This document shows positions 9,001 to 17,600 of a stretch of DNA of 64,000 nucleotides, piece after piece. The notes beneath the pieces were generated by a model. The model made no database searches. It had not been told where the DNA came from and worked only from the letters and a program-made list of their open reading frames with translations. How positions within the stretch are numbered: the stretch's first letter is position 1; each line of letters starts with the position of its first letter. The DNA comes from Candidatus Omnitrophota bacterium (GTDB lineage Bacteria; Omnitrophota; Gorgyraeia; Tantalellales; Tantalellaceae). Location of the stretch: contig JADGBR010000003.1 in the NCBI GenBank assembly GCA_015231405.1, forward strand, positions 29,549-93,548, read 5' to 3'. The position numbers and the translations under genes were made by a program.

Positions 9001-11648
9001 TCGTAGACGCGTTTGTGCAGTCAAGGAAAGGGGAGGAGGTCGAGGAGGCAGTTACCGCCGGGATAAGGTTTCTCCAGAGGGTCAGGAACTATCCGTCTGT
9101 GGAACTCCCGGAAGAATTCAAGGAAGCCTTGGACGAATATCTTGCGAAATATGGAACTAAGAAACTTGATTATAAGATTCCGGAGCGTATAGAGTATAAG
9201 CCGCTTTCGGAGGTCAACTGGGATGTGGTGGATAAGCTCTGGCGCGAAACTGTCCCGGATAAAGGCTTCCAGCCGAACGCGGTATCCTATTTCGATTTTC
9301 TGGGAGTGAATTACATGGCGAAGAGTTTTATGAGGGCCATAGCGACGAGGGGTTTTCCCTTGCCGGATGTGAATTTTACGGTCCAAGATCTCATCCCGGA
9401 ACAGGAAAACGCCATCCTTGAGCATATGGAATTCCGTTTCAAGAGGGATATGATAACCCCGGACAGGTTGACGCTATTATTTCTCAAATCACTGGCCCTT
9501 AAATATGAGGGTTCGGGCGGCGAAAACATCATTGAGCTTGGTATAAACAACTCCGACCAGTATCTCCGGATCATTAAAAAACTCCAGAAAATAGCAGGCG
9601 GCCGCTTTACGATGAAGGGGGAGAGAAAGGGGTTAAGGGACAAAGCTGGCCTTGAGAAGATACTGGGTATATCCAAACTGAATACCATAGAGAACATCCT
9701 TACAGGCGCGAACCCGAAAGTGATCGTCATTGATGATAAGATATGGTCATCGCTGTCAGGGGACGGACTAAAAGAGGCTTTCACGATACTGAACGATCTT
9801 TTGGGAAAAGAAAGGAGAGTTGTCATAACGTCGGAGCATTCGATAGGGTCGCTCCTTAACCGTTATGTGAAAGGCACGGGCTTGAAAAAAGAGATGTACG
9901 ATAAATTGTCCTTTATCGCCAGGAACGGCAAGGAATTTTCGCGGTACGCTAAGGGGGAGAACGGGGACCCAGGGACATGGAGCGTGGAGGAAGGCATAGG
10001 GTTCGGGAGCGCTGAAATAATGGCTAAGATAAGCATGGAGACGGGCCTGCCTCTCTGGAGTTTCCTCTGCATAGGCGACAAATGGAGCGTTCCCATGGCG
10101 TCTCTGCCGGGAACAGCCGGGATAGCCGTGGAAGGCGGGAAGATATTCTATTTTATGCCTGGCGACATAAACGTGACGACCGAAGTCGCCGATAACGGCC
10201 TTCTCAGGGTGCTCAGGCTGCTGGATTCGGCCCTTGATATCGCGGGGCCTCTAAGTTCGTCTTCAAGCTACGTGGCGAAAGTGCTGAAATATTCTCTTCC
10301 GGCCTCGTTCGAGACCCAAAAAGAATTCGAAGGGTACGATGACCTCATAAGGCATACCGCGGACAAAATAGAGACGAAACATACGGAGCTGGAAGACGCT
10401 AAGATGTTCGTGAGCATGAGCGGTATGGTCGGAGCGGGCAAAAGCACGGTCTCGTCGAGGGTGGTAGAGGAGCTCGAGAGAAGGGGCAAGAAGGTCATTT
10501 ATCTCGGCGAGGACGAGGTTGTCATATCGCGCGCTATCCGGCGCGAGTGGGAAGTGAGGCTCGACCCGAAGCTGAACGATTTTTACGCGTACCATGACTG
10601 GGATAAATTGAGGGCGATAATAGGCTGGCTGAAAAGTACGGGGAATGGTAAAAAAACATTTGACGGGCTTTACAATAATAAAACGGGAGAATGCGACGGG
10701 AGACGCGAATTCGATATAGACGAGGATACGATAATAATATTTGAGGGGATATATCCGGAAGATACGGATATTTACCCGAAAGAGCTCTTCAACCTGCGGT
10801 TCCATTTCACTATCCCTTTCGACACGTCACTTGAGAGGGACGTTGCGCGGGTGCTTGAGCGTTCAGACAGAACGGAGATGGAAGCCAGGGTCAAATCAAA
10901 AGCCCTCTGGGGTACTTTGACGGGACTATTCCTAAAATGCAGGGACATGATAAAGAGAGGAGATTGCGAGATAATAGACATGTCCGACCTAATGGCTCCG
11001 AGACTCATTAGGTATAAGAGCACGGCCATGGGTGGGCCCCGGATGAGGAAAAGAAATCCGAAGATCACTTTACCTGAAGGATTTTCCGATACCGAGCCGT
11101 CGGTGGTCCTTAAAAAAGATGTTCTAAAAGAGTATTTAGATGACAAACGGTCGTACAGGATAAGGTACGATACCGCCAGACTTTCACTGTCTCAGCAAAA
11201 AATACTGGAAACGTACGCCTCTGTCATGGGCAGGGATATTAAGCTAGCCCCCTACATCGGTCGAGACGGGAGCATGGAGCCTCTTGTCACGGTGTTCGCG
11301 GAAGGAACGGACGGGTTTAAAGGCGAAGCGAGCGTCGAGGTGAAAGTGCCCGAAGGCTCGATTGGAGAATATTTCCTCAGGATTACGGGGATATTGAATA
11401 TAGCCATGGCTGCTTCGAACCTGGAGGCGGGTAAAGGCGCCACGGTGGGCTCGGAAATGAGCAACGGACCGATAATGGGTTTTATCAGGGAACAGTACAG
11501 AAAGATCACCGGACGTGACCCGGACGCTGACGGCGTTATGTACGATGTATCGAACATGAAAATAGAACTTCCGGAGTCTTACAAAATGAGTATGGCTCTA
11601 ATTGAGGAATTTAACGAACTCGCTTCGAAGGCGCTCGTCGCGGCTTAA
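3..11648 (+). CDS. Giant multi-enzyme protein, 5'-truncated (>3881 aa): adenosine-deaminase-like TIM barrel, GT-A/GT2-like domain, two ROK-like sugar kinase domains, type I mannose-6-phosphate isomerase, protein-kinase-like, HAD-like and uridine-kinase-like P-loop domains
   Basis: Frame is open from the window edge. Motifs: EVELRFNP/GVDIAG/HLG/RVGHG/ETCP/GTDG (~140-970); GYNATRN/LIDDD/GGNL/RREDV (~1580-2770); LDLGKS..HDS and INVGK..HDGD..EFG (~3760-6130); WGG/AEAWYGAHP/FKFLDAAESLSIQCHP/KPE/SDNTLR (~6240-7300); SGTFKEVY/DPTNENV/VDMG (~8370-8850); SGMVGAGKST/IIFEG (~10410-11000). Confidence 0.9.
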   Translation: MYDDIHTRGVRDLRDIIVDNMPPAEAEAYFLDSIENVARQSFSDGVREVELRFNPFKEMLYTDPLTGAKADIGSYGIILDDLLRKLDDRLSKLEAEADKVFGKDKGPHRVVFMFSIGRDRLEGDRFVKGEWERKFAILSDLKEKYGFAAFYGERLSGVDIAGIEPFGKEQGDTRETISERVRERFHLDQMAVILKRLKDAGYAITTHLGCRYGSSPRDDVMGHAAFVKAHLDAWGDVLDRVGHGKIFTTGKVYSESVDGADSKWAAYDEATAKALVKELRMKGIAIETCPQKLESRSVYRMMRDLPNVSWIEKGVKVVYGTDGSYLSGGCTLSQWITRLMLSFPASGRKYFGTGDMMETVSSVKKSADIEENINKYSAAAWEHFYKADREGTGTALLVTPNEFLRKTIALSGGLLEIKDPYYMRMVCRRVEEIREKNSAGLLNELSVSTGQMREQVSERARGYLEKGERKFTAEQILKDYERVINNLFILQSALMYPKAMLWIFQSLYREMEEFRLKSESEKKETPFLILISATDRIESLRNFFQSLVEEVDTFNYGLTLELGGDGSIVKRTDKVTVAIIENSSDPLVAVQNRELIAEYRNKGLRIVYYGADEKVKIVEMIRKREGEKSLYYRFGITPEDLGRDKVKAVTAGIKNAGYNATRNFSFEVARECFSTMPDDSVSVLIDDDEMLNSLLVSDEEGVKIERPFSFFHNADRYYKDPVLEVLSGNISGDPAIGVAEMLHGNLRDLKEFLERTALMAPGDDYTRKMFEGASQELSENVMIENFNDYGQRATWSGKSPMRRGWAFPRVPREGEERTVGAQFRAFADAADQMFFGHQETRPIGYSPDSYMTDSDNAVVPKMVWSFFGTGGNLMLSKKLINYADMTCMPTGKWRREDVMLEKLIEVFYTPVNMTFLPVRHSRLKTGHRMGITRRDTGELSFVRFLGSAYHGYIFQRFVERIFDLEYIGSMEDFIRVATKASLGEYPGFMEWYLSVKKRRYENLKQYLSDLKDMALEMRAKGFFTEKKYWWNNDPSYAQSVREMEIIVDSIIADMDPAGKDYSEMFAELHKKTEDTTLADERKVVDEMRESYPHMRNYMREHPYSYTDLKRTEEILYRRSAKAGVRTVQVTIMNEAGRMERIRLPLHLRGASRLISVYIASSVYNFLVRNGAGEKIYIACDDEQEARGVVKRVKKTLEISGLDFTVRGNYNVKLVPARRRDLAGIREEERTRERERGRILKNRKLKAPEKGVFMCLDLGKSSAKILVHDGNAVVYSGKKEGSFYYKRTPGDIKREIGVIVDETLTALGYGRDSLRGVTVLVPDIVDKAGNKALYLKGEDLPFPAIVRHDSEGHAAYFRNKGLDNFYLLALGTHPGTQAVIFGKTADEPMEMSRSVVCIDGREKPVELRELLSTQAVLEEGLFKGIIDHADNERKDEAFAIMAQKAEEGDERALSLLNYLGEYTAIHLVNMVRHIRFDKVVFSGGMCRGKFGEMLAENTMRSLKTRGFGWIKPVLMGDEDMQLAGALGGISLAEEYWIGPDEDARRLKVYHKMILSLKDDGDASKWKDVFDRFKEESGAKPGDFEKVRMCFERDGGKYNEFIFHLPLKMAGAEREIAARYLSSWINKFIVSRAAKKVVIDTAIEGMFKEIETSFDAEYNDPNSQVSLARTVGEYWDSGSFRLEQYAQGTDLDIEPYIMEKETALKRDTAINRSVKAIGINVGKYRIKISVVEIMGQGRYKHIGKIKDFNTWEKTDDRSSFDTLYTKLIKGVREVLAENGLSESDVDGIGIAAATAVKNGQPLGRPMGFARGFNREAELAKLKGLRAKMSEDLSGLPVFVRHDGDVECLGMARSKGIRNLLVMKCGNTPGVGFVENDGNLAEGLNEFGKVVTDMGRDALAHDKTGVKGEVASYTAWDGTCKVAKKMGLYEKYNFGPEDPVPGILQGWLNLRTDSTFSEREDARKVFLQSGRETGKFVVEMLDLYPIEHIGVSGGVYFGESGKAMKAGIEEIFKESGLLGKINIIIDNYDMEKMKYNVTLGGAYLVYDAVTLGDGEIKAKDLDHASRLFGISPRILKLKARIAEWKWGGRTRTDGRPSAIRELLGESASDEPAAEAWYGAHPKLPSPVEIFGLDTTLDKVMERVYEVVLGPEVVKRFGKVMPIMFKFLDAAESLSIQCHPGKEQARRLARERPGVYDEFNKPEAFVACTDEGFSSLGGVLPIDDFIKVLKSHFPDIETDYAAEKDKAGYDPALFVKKYVKLVLDKGNGFADIVMPELLNQYNAKNGEVLYSHDGHVNALLSGFIAEIETNSDNTLRAAKTVKERDIPNFLEAADLTPAREELRKFRETDDPAVKSCITTEAFALDLVSPGENGEVVVKTRDSFHLLVVFKGSVIIRGPDGRDIKLERGEACLIPAFFEEFRILSEGGAEVFDSFVPVMARKGINRLSVSRMPEEAHAGSPEGQSNEKSEIMEIGNCFEIGKTGNMRYDKAMSEACYEMRERRYISGEQWKKAVGSGGVSIEIVPGLDNRLSDIVEKEGKKVILINKDVMDSDRISDEDLRVILMFVLSSAIDRITFGLFAEDIRLLVPSGESEVMILLRDMERLWYNGRGGENDRNIFLNIVRRLDTNYSFLYYNTSYALLAEGFEAYKVNPQGRPGWLKLIKKYIEDNAGDGKTYKYDVYDREVASFKASDFFALRRWFRGYYFYWANAVDERDPGTGINFIFDRAQDPEFPLTPHSAIIQALKQPVESRETARAMGDKDDGKKRTFLEDTLLALHDWDDIDMERIDRVYIRYLKSGTFKEVYYVQVILKDDFAKPLEFALLVPRETVLRAGYDICISPWEIDKLEELNKHDSALVPKPGSRVTTLSFHDEGKKPFWQRRDMYSMQYAGRDTVGLLDLYDLEDDSKIQVLRDVVSKYIILWHRNGGYEFICDPTNENVCFLDWDGRIVDMGAPTYDYDIVFIMRYLWERICFDSDGRSLFSYGKDRDEGKERIPDRSFIFDGVVDAFVQSRKGEEVEEAVTAGIRFLQRVRNYPSVELPEEFKEALDEYLAKYGTKKLDYKIPERIEYKPLSEVNWDVVDKLWRETVPDKGFQPNAVSYFDFLGVNYMAKSFMRAIATRGFPLPDVNFTVQDLIPEQENAILEHMEFRFKRDMITPDRLTLLFLKSLALKYEGSGGENIIELGINNSDQYLRIIKKLQKIAGGRFTMKGERKGLRDKAGLEKILGISKLNTIENILTGANPKVIVIDDKIWSSLSGDGLKEAFTILNDLLGKERRVVITSEHSIGSLLNRYVKGTGLKKEMYDKLSFIARNGKEFSRYAKGENGDPGTWSVEEGIGFGSAEIMAKISMETGLPLWSFLCIGDKWSVPMASLPGTAGIAVEGGKIFYFMPGDINVTTEVADNGLLRVLRLLDSALDIAGPLSSSSSYVAKVLKYSLPASFETQKEFEGYDDLIRHTADKIETKHTELEDAKMFVSMSGMVGAGKSTVSSRVVEELERRGKKVIYLGEDEVVISRAIRREWEVRLDPKLNDFYAYHDWDKLRAIIGWLKSTGNGKKTFDGLYNNKTGECDGRREFDIDEDTIIIFEGIYPEDTDIYPKELFNLRFHFTIPFDTSLERDVARVLERSDRTEMEARVKSKALWGTLTGLFLKCRDMIKRGDCEIIDMSDLMAPRLIRYKSTAMGGPRMRKRNPKITLPEGFSDTEPSVVLKKDVLKEYLDDKRSYRIRYDTARLSLSQQKILETYASVMGRDIKLAPYIGRDGSMEPLVTVFAEGTDGFKGEASVEVKVPEGSIGEYFLRITGILNIAMAASNLEAGKGATVGSEMSNGPIMGFIREQYRKITGRDPDADGVMYDVSNMKIELPESYKMSMALIEEFNELASKALVAA

Positions 11649-11663
11649 ACCAATAGGCAGGAT

Positions 11664-14600
11664 ATGGGATCTAACGGGATAAAGAAGATTTACGGAAAAT
11701 ATATAATAAGAATGGTTTCGGCGGCGCTCGTCTCTCTGATGGTCGCGAACGACATCGGCTACGCCCTTTCCCCGGGATCACGTTTTACCGAAGAGTCCGG
11801 ACCAGGACGGAACGAGCTGTTCAAGGGAGCGGTTTTCAGGGTAGTGTATGAGATCATCGGGAAGTACCTTGAGATGGGTATCGATCCCGTGACGATCATT
11901 GGCGATATAAAGGAAGGGATAGGTATTGTCGAGGAAGCTTTCCGGAGGGAAGAGGGGCTTCCCTCGTCCGCGAAAACCGCCAATTTCGACCCTCTTCTTT
12001 ACGGATTCAATATCGACGAGCTCGAATATTCCCCAGTAGAAAAAGCCTTCAGGCTGCCCATCTACCGGGGAGGCCAAAAGATCCACACCTACAAATTCTA
12101 CATGACCCGAACGCCCGATAAAGAGCCCGATCACACCATCGAACTCCCAACCGGCCACCCCCTCTACGCCAGCATCGAACTCAGGGACAGTCCCCATAGG
12201 GACACCCTTACGCACGGAAACTCAGAAAATTCCTCGAATTCCGGAAATGATGCCCACGGGGCTATTAGACGGAACGTAAGTAACGAAGATATAGAAGCAG
12301 CCATTGACGGAGACTTGGATCTTCAAAGCGTCAAGGATGAAATATCTATGATCGATATCATATTCAACGATATGGCGCTCGATACGAACGTGGATCTTGA
12401 AAAGAAAGCCGAAGAGTATGGTGTAACGGCGGACGAGCTAGTGAAAAGGATAAAACTCGCCAGGGAGGTGTTCTCGGAAGGCCGGAGAAGCCAGGCGAAG
12501 TTCAAGTTATTTAACGCCATTATCAGGAACCCGTCGACATACGCTTTTGGTTACGTGAAGCCTGGGGTCTTCGCGTATTCCCGGGAATTTATAAATGACC
12601 TGGGGCATGATCTTAAAGCGGAATACCTCATGCATGAGCCTCTTTGTTATTACCTGTCGGAATTGATAGGTGAAGAGAAAGGGCATAAATTGGCGAGGGA
12701 GATCCAGTCCTTGTACTTCTACTCCAATTATGGCCCGACGGGAGACAGGGAGTTAGACCCATATGACTGGTTGCGAGGGAAACTGACCGATTTTATACGG
12801 GACTTTACTATACGGGTGCTCGAGAAAGAAAAGAAAATGCCGGAACTTGATCTTGGCGTTCTGGATAAATGGGTTGATGCCCAGGCAAAGGCCGAACAGG
12901 CGCACCTTAGAGCGCTCAGATTGAGATTGACTGAGTTGATCCTTATGAAAGGTTCGCTCAATGAGGTGATAATTGACGAAAAAAGATCGAATTCCGGATT
13001 TACCGCGTCAAATAAACATTTATTGAGCGACATGACCCGGAAGGTCAAAGACCTGGTTAAATTTATCGAAGATGTGCTTCCGGTAATAACCGTAGCTGAG
13101 AGGGAAGGGTTGGGGTATCTGATCAGATCCAGGGCGGAAAATGACAGGTTCAGGAGAGTAGCTATTGAAATAGGCCTCGGGGTCCTTGGGAAAGGGAGTG
13201 GAGAGAAATATCCGGTTCTCGAAATATTCAGCGAACACCTTAAAAAGTTTGAGACGACTCTTAGAGGGGAGAAATCGGAAGTATTTACCCGGCGCCTAGC
13301 CGCGCATATCAAGTGGTGCGAAAGCATAGAAAAAGAACTTGCCCGGCTCCAGAAGGAGTCATTACCATCGGGAGCTTTAGCGAAGAAAGGCGAGCATCGA
13401 GGATCGATCAGCCGGGACACCCAGGAAAAGTCTATGGTCCATGGACCATTGTCCATTGTCCCTGCCTCGCCGGCAGGCAGGCATGGTCAATCGTCCATGG
13501 TCCCCGAAGCACAACGGGTTACACCAAAAATCGGGGATCGCGGGTCGAAGACGTCGCTCAGGGCGAAGATCCTGGCCTGCGCGTTCCTGGTGGGGGTTAT
13601 CCTGGTTGTCGAACCATTGATGGTTTACGGCATGAACTGGTTGATCCCTAAACGGTTCATAGCTGATATTTTCCCGCTCGGGTTCGCTTCGGGCGCCTTG
13701 GAATTCGGTACGGTAAAAACTTTTACGGCTTTTGTCGTATTCAGGTTCTTTGGAGAGATCCTGGCACAGGTAGCCGTCAGGTGGATGAAGGAAGGGATAA
13801 AAGGGATAAGTTTAAAACGGGACATAGACTGGTCGAAGGTGCGGGTCGTATGCTACTTCGCGGGCGGATTCCTCAGCTGGTTCCTGCCTTCCGTTTGGGG
13901 CGTATTTAAGGCCTCTTCGCTTGATCCGCGTTTGTACGGGTTTGCTGATCTGATAGTCGCCGGGCCCATAACGCTGCCCGTCCTCTTCGGTGCGCATCTT
14001 TTCATGAAATGGGCTTATACGCGCGAGAAAATGGATCCGGGGAAGTCGCTCAAAGAAACATTTTACAGGATAGGGTTCACGTTCGTTTTCGCGATAGTGT
14101 ATTGGTGCACTATCCTGGGGATGGTATTTTCGACCGATAGGCCGCTGGACGAGCAGGCGTATATCATCGCATACTTCACGCCGTTCTACGCCATCGCGCA
14201 AAGTTTCGCGGCTAATTTAACCGATGTGGGTAAGGGCGTTAAGATGCGAAAATGGGCGCTGCCTATGATAGCCGCGGCGGTGTTATACAACTTAAGGTAT
14301 TTCTTTTTTAACCTTTCGAACACAAATCTAATAGTCGGGTTCGCGCTCTGGGCTATTCCTATAACGCTCGGGTTCAGACTGAACAAGCCCCTGGGCCCGG
14401 TCTGGGCGACGGCGCCGGAGGAAGACGGCATTTATCGGAAAATATCGGACCATTTGGCCAAAGATCCCGGGGATATGACCATAGTCGTGCCGGAAGCGGC
14501 GTCAGAGAGCGCACTTAAGGGGATTGATAGGATAATAGCTAAATACGGTGATAAGGTAAAGCCCATACTGATCGGCAACGCCGGCGATATAGAAAAAATT

Positions 14601-17600
14601 ATGCTCACGCAAAAACTCGACCATCTTATAAAGTCGAGCCGGAAGGAGATTATAAATATAAACGATAAGGGCGAGATCTATGAGGAGACGGTCAGGATCG
14701 TGGGTGAAGGCCGGGCGAGGATAATCCTCAAAGGAAAAAGCTCGTCGGATGTTCTCATGAAAATGATACTGACCGCGGGCAAGAAAAGACTGCGTGTTCC
14801 GGGGAGCAGCATAACGCATATGCGCCTATTCGAGATGCCGGACGGCGGGCCCTTACTTATGACGGACGGCGGTATAAACGTCATGTCCGATACGGAAGAC
14901 GCTGACAAAAGGGTAGCCAAAAAGATAGCCGGAATAGACAATTCCGTGAGGGTTATGCGCCATCTGGGTGTAACTAGGCCCTTAGTGACCATTCTGGCCG
15001 AAGGGAAGAACGGCGAAAAATGGATACGTGAGGACGCCGAGGGGATAATTTCAGAGCTTAAGAAGAGGGGAGTCGATCCGGGGTTTGATATCGAAGGGCC
15101 CGTATCGCTCGGGGAAGTATACGGCCGAGGTAACTTATCCCGGCGCATCCTTGTTTTTCCTTGGATAGGCCCCGCGAACATCATTTATAAAGCAACGGCC
15201 GGATTCAGGAGGGAACCGGAACATGTGAAAGATATTCCGGTACGAACAGCTTCCGGGAAAAAGGGAAAACTCAGCGTCTTCGAATATCAAATTGACGGCA
15301 CGAAGCGTTATCTTTCCGTGGCCGTCCCCCCTCCGGGGGCGGACCTGGAGGAAAAAAAGGAATTCATAAAAAGATCCAGCAGGATGCTTTTTAAAAAATA
15401 TGGCATAGGAAAGCCTAAAGTGGCTATATTGGATTTCACCGAGCAAGCTGAAAATTTCGAGAAAGTGCCTACGATAAAGGACGGGATAGCGCTCAAGAAG
15501 TACTTTTCGGAAAGAGACGCCGGATGCGTGGTCGACGGCCCAATGGCATACGACGTCGCTGATTCGAAAGAGGCGGCCAAGGCGAAGGGGTATGACTCCG
15601 TAGTCGCTGGGGACGCGGATATGTATTTCGCCCCGGATAACGATACCGGGAACATGCTTGAATCCCTGTATAAATATTCCGGCAAATTGAAGTTGGGTTG
15701 GAACGCCTCCGACCTTTCATACGGTGGCCTCGCGACGGACAATGGCGAACCGGTTTTTGTGGTGGTCCCATCGAGATCGGACTCTGAGTTCCACAAAGAG
15801 CGGTCGCTAGACGTCGCGGCGGAACTCATGTCACGCGACCGGGAAGAAGGAGTTAACATCCGCCCGGAGGGCAAAGGAACCCCCGGAAAATCTCCCCCCG
15901 GCGGATCCATAGCTGAAGCGCTCAAGGTGGTCAACGTGTCGCTGCTCAAGGAAGGAACTTTAGGGAATATATTCACGCGTCGGGAATTCGCCCAGAAAAG
16001 GATCAATGCCAAGAGACAGGCACAATATTCGCCTGGCACGGTTGCGGCGGAGCTGGATTCATTGACGAGAATAGGGGTACTGGACCGTGTTCGTGACGGC
16101 CTGGCCTATAAATATTACGTGAGGGACTGGTACAAGGACATAAGGCCCGGGGTAAGGAAAAAGTTACAAGTTATGGTCGAAAATGCCGTGAGGGCAAAGG
16201 AAGTCAGGGCAAATCCTCTGGATGAGAAAGATCTTTTATTCCTGCAGAACGCCCTGGTGAAGATGATGAAACGGTATTACAGCGCCACGGTCTTTTCGAT
16301 AATACCCGAAAAACAAAAAAACCGTGTTATGGAACAGATCGTGGACATGGAATGCCATTTTTGCGATACACCGCGTGAAAGGAAGAAGTGGACCGCCTAT
16401 CATACTTACATGGCCGGCGAGCCCGAGAGGGAGACAAGGATAGTGCGATACAACAATAAGGTCATAGGTCTTATGCTTTTTAAGCGGGATACCGGAAATG
16501 ACTGTATCAGAATATTGAGGATGAAGATCCACCCGGAATGGGAAGACAAGGGCGTAGATCATTACCTTGTGGACACGGTTAAGGCGGAGATGGTCGAAGG
16601 CGGGGGTTTGGGGAAATGCCGGGTCATATTGAACGAGAACGACATCAATGCCTGGGAGTTTTACAGAAGCGCGGGATTCAGGTCTCTGGAGAAGAGAGGA
16701 GAGGGCGCCCGCGGATTGGATGTAATGGAGTTCATGCCTGGAATTTCTACCGATGAGAACGGATCGAGTCAAGAAGATGTTCTCTTGGTCAGGAACGCCA
16801 TAGAGAGCGCGTATCACGACCTCGCCGAACGGTTCATGGAAGTGCCGGTTGAGCGGCTCGACAAGGATATGGATCCCGAGCTTATCAAGTCGGGGTATAA
16901 GTACACTGCCAGGACAAGCGGACGAGAAGTGGAATTTTCCGATATGTTCGAGGCGGGCGATCGGGAAGGTAAAAAGGCGATTGGAGCCATGAGGATCGTA
17001 TACGGTGAGGTTTATACGTCAGGCGAGATAGCCGAGGCGGCTAAAGAATACGGGATGCGTTACAGCTCCCCGGAATATATCAACCGTGTAGCCGTGATCA
17101 ATGGTGAAGTGGCAGGGTACATCAGATGCCGGCTTCTGATGAACGGGATGAAAGTTGATTTTGAGGAAAGGATATTTGATCAGAGGTATAACGGCATAGG
17201 GATCGGTGATCTTCTGATAAACGATTTGAAGATACTTCTTTCGACGCGGGCATACTCAGGGTTCGGTAAATGCGTAACATCTTTTCGTTCGCCGCAGGGA
17301 CGGCGCATGGTTGACTATTTGGGTAAGCACGGATTCAGGCCCGTTAACGGGCATAATAAGAAGTTTATTCTTGAAGGTGCTGACATCACTAAGATAAGCG
17401 GCCCCGAAGGGACTATCATCACGGATACCCTTTTCCAGGGAGGCGCGAGCCCGATATTGACTTACGGGCAACCCTATGAACTCCCGGAAGACGAGGAAGG
17501 CGGAACCGGACATGATAAGGATCCGCTGGACGGCTTGTACTTCATGACCGAAAGGCCCGAAATGGCTGAAAGAACGGTCAATTTCATAAAAACATTCCTT

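Noticed and set aside
11640-11670. Possible single gene split by a frameshift or read-through between the first two giants
   Set aside because: The first ends in the family-type C-terminus and the second begins with its own signal-like N-terminus, so they are separate genes.
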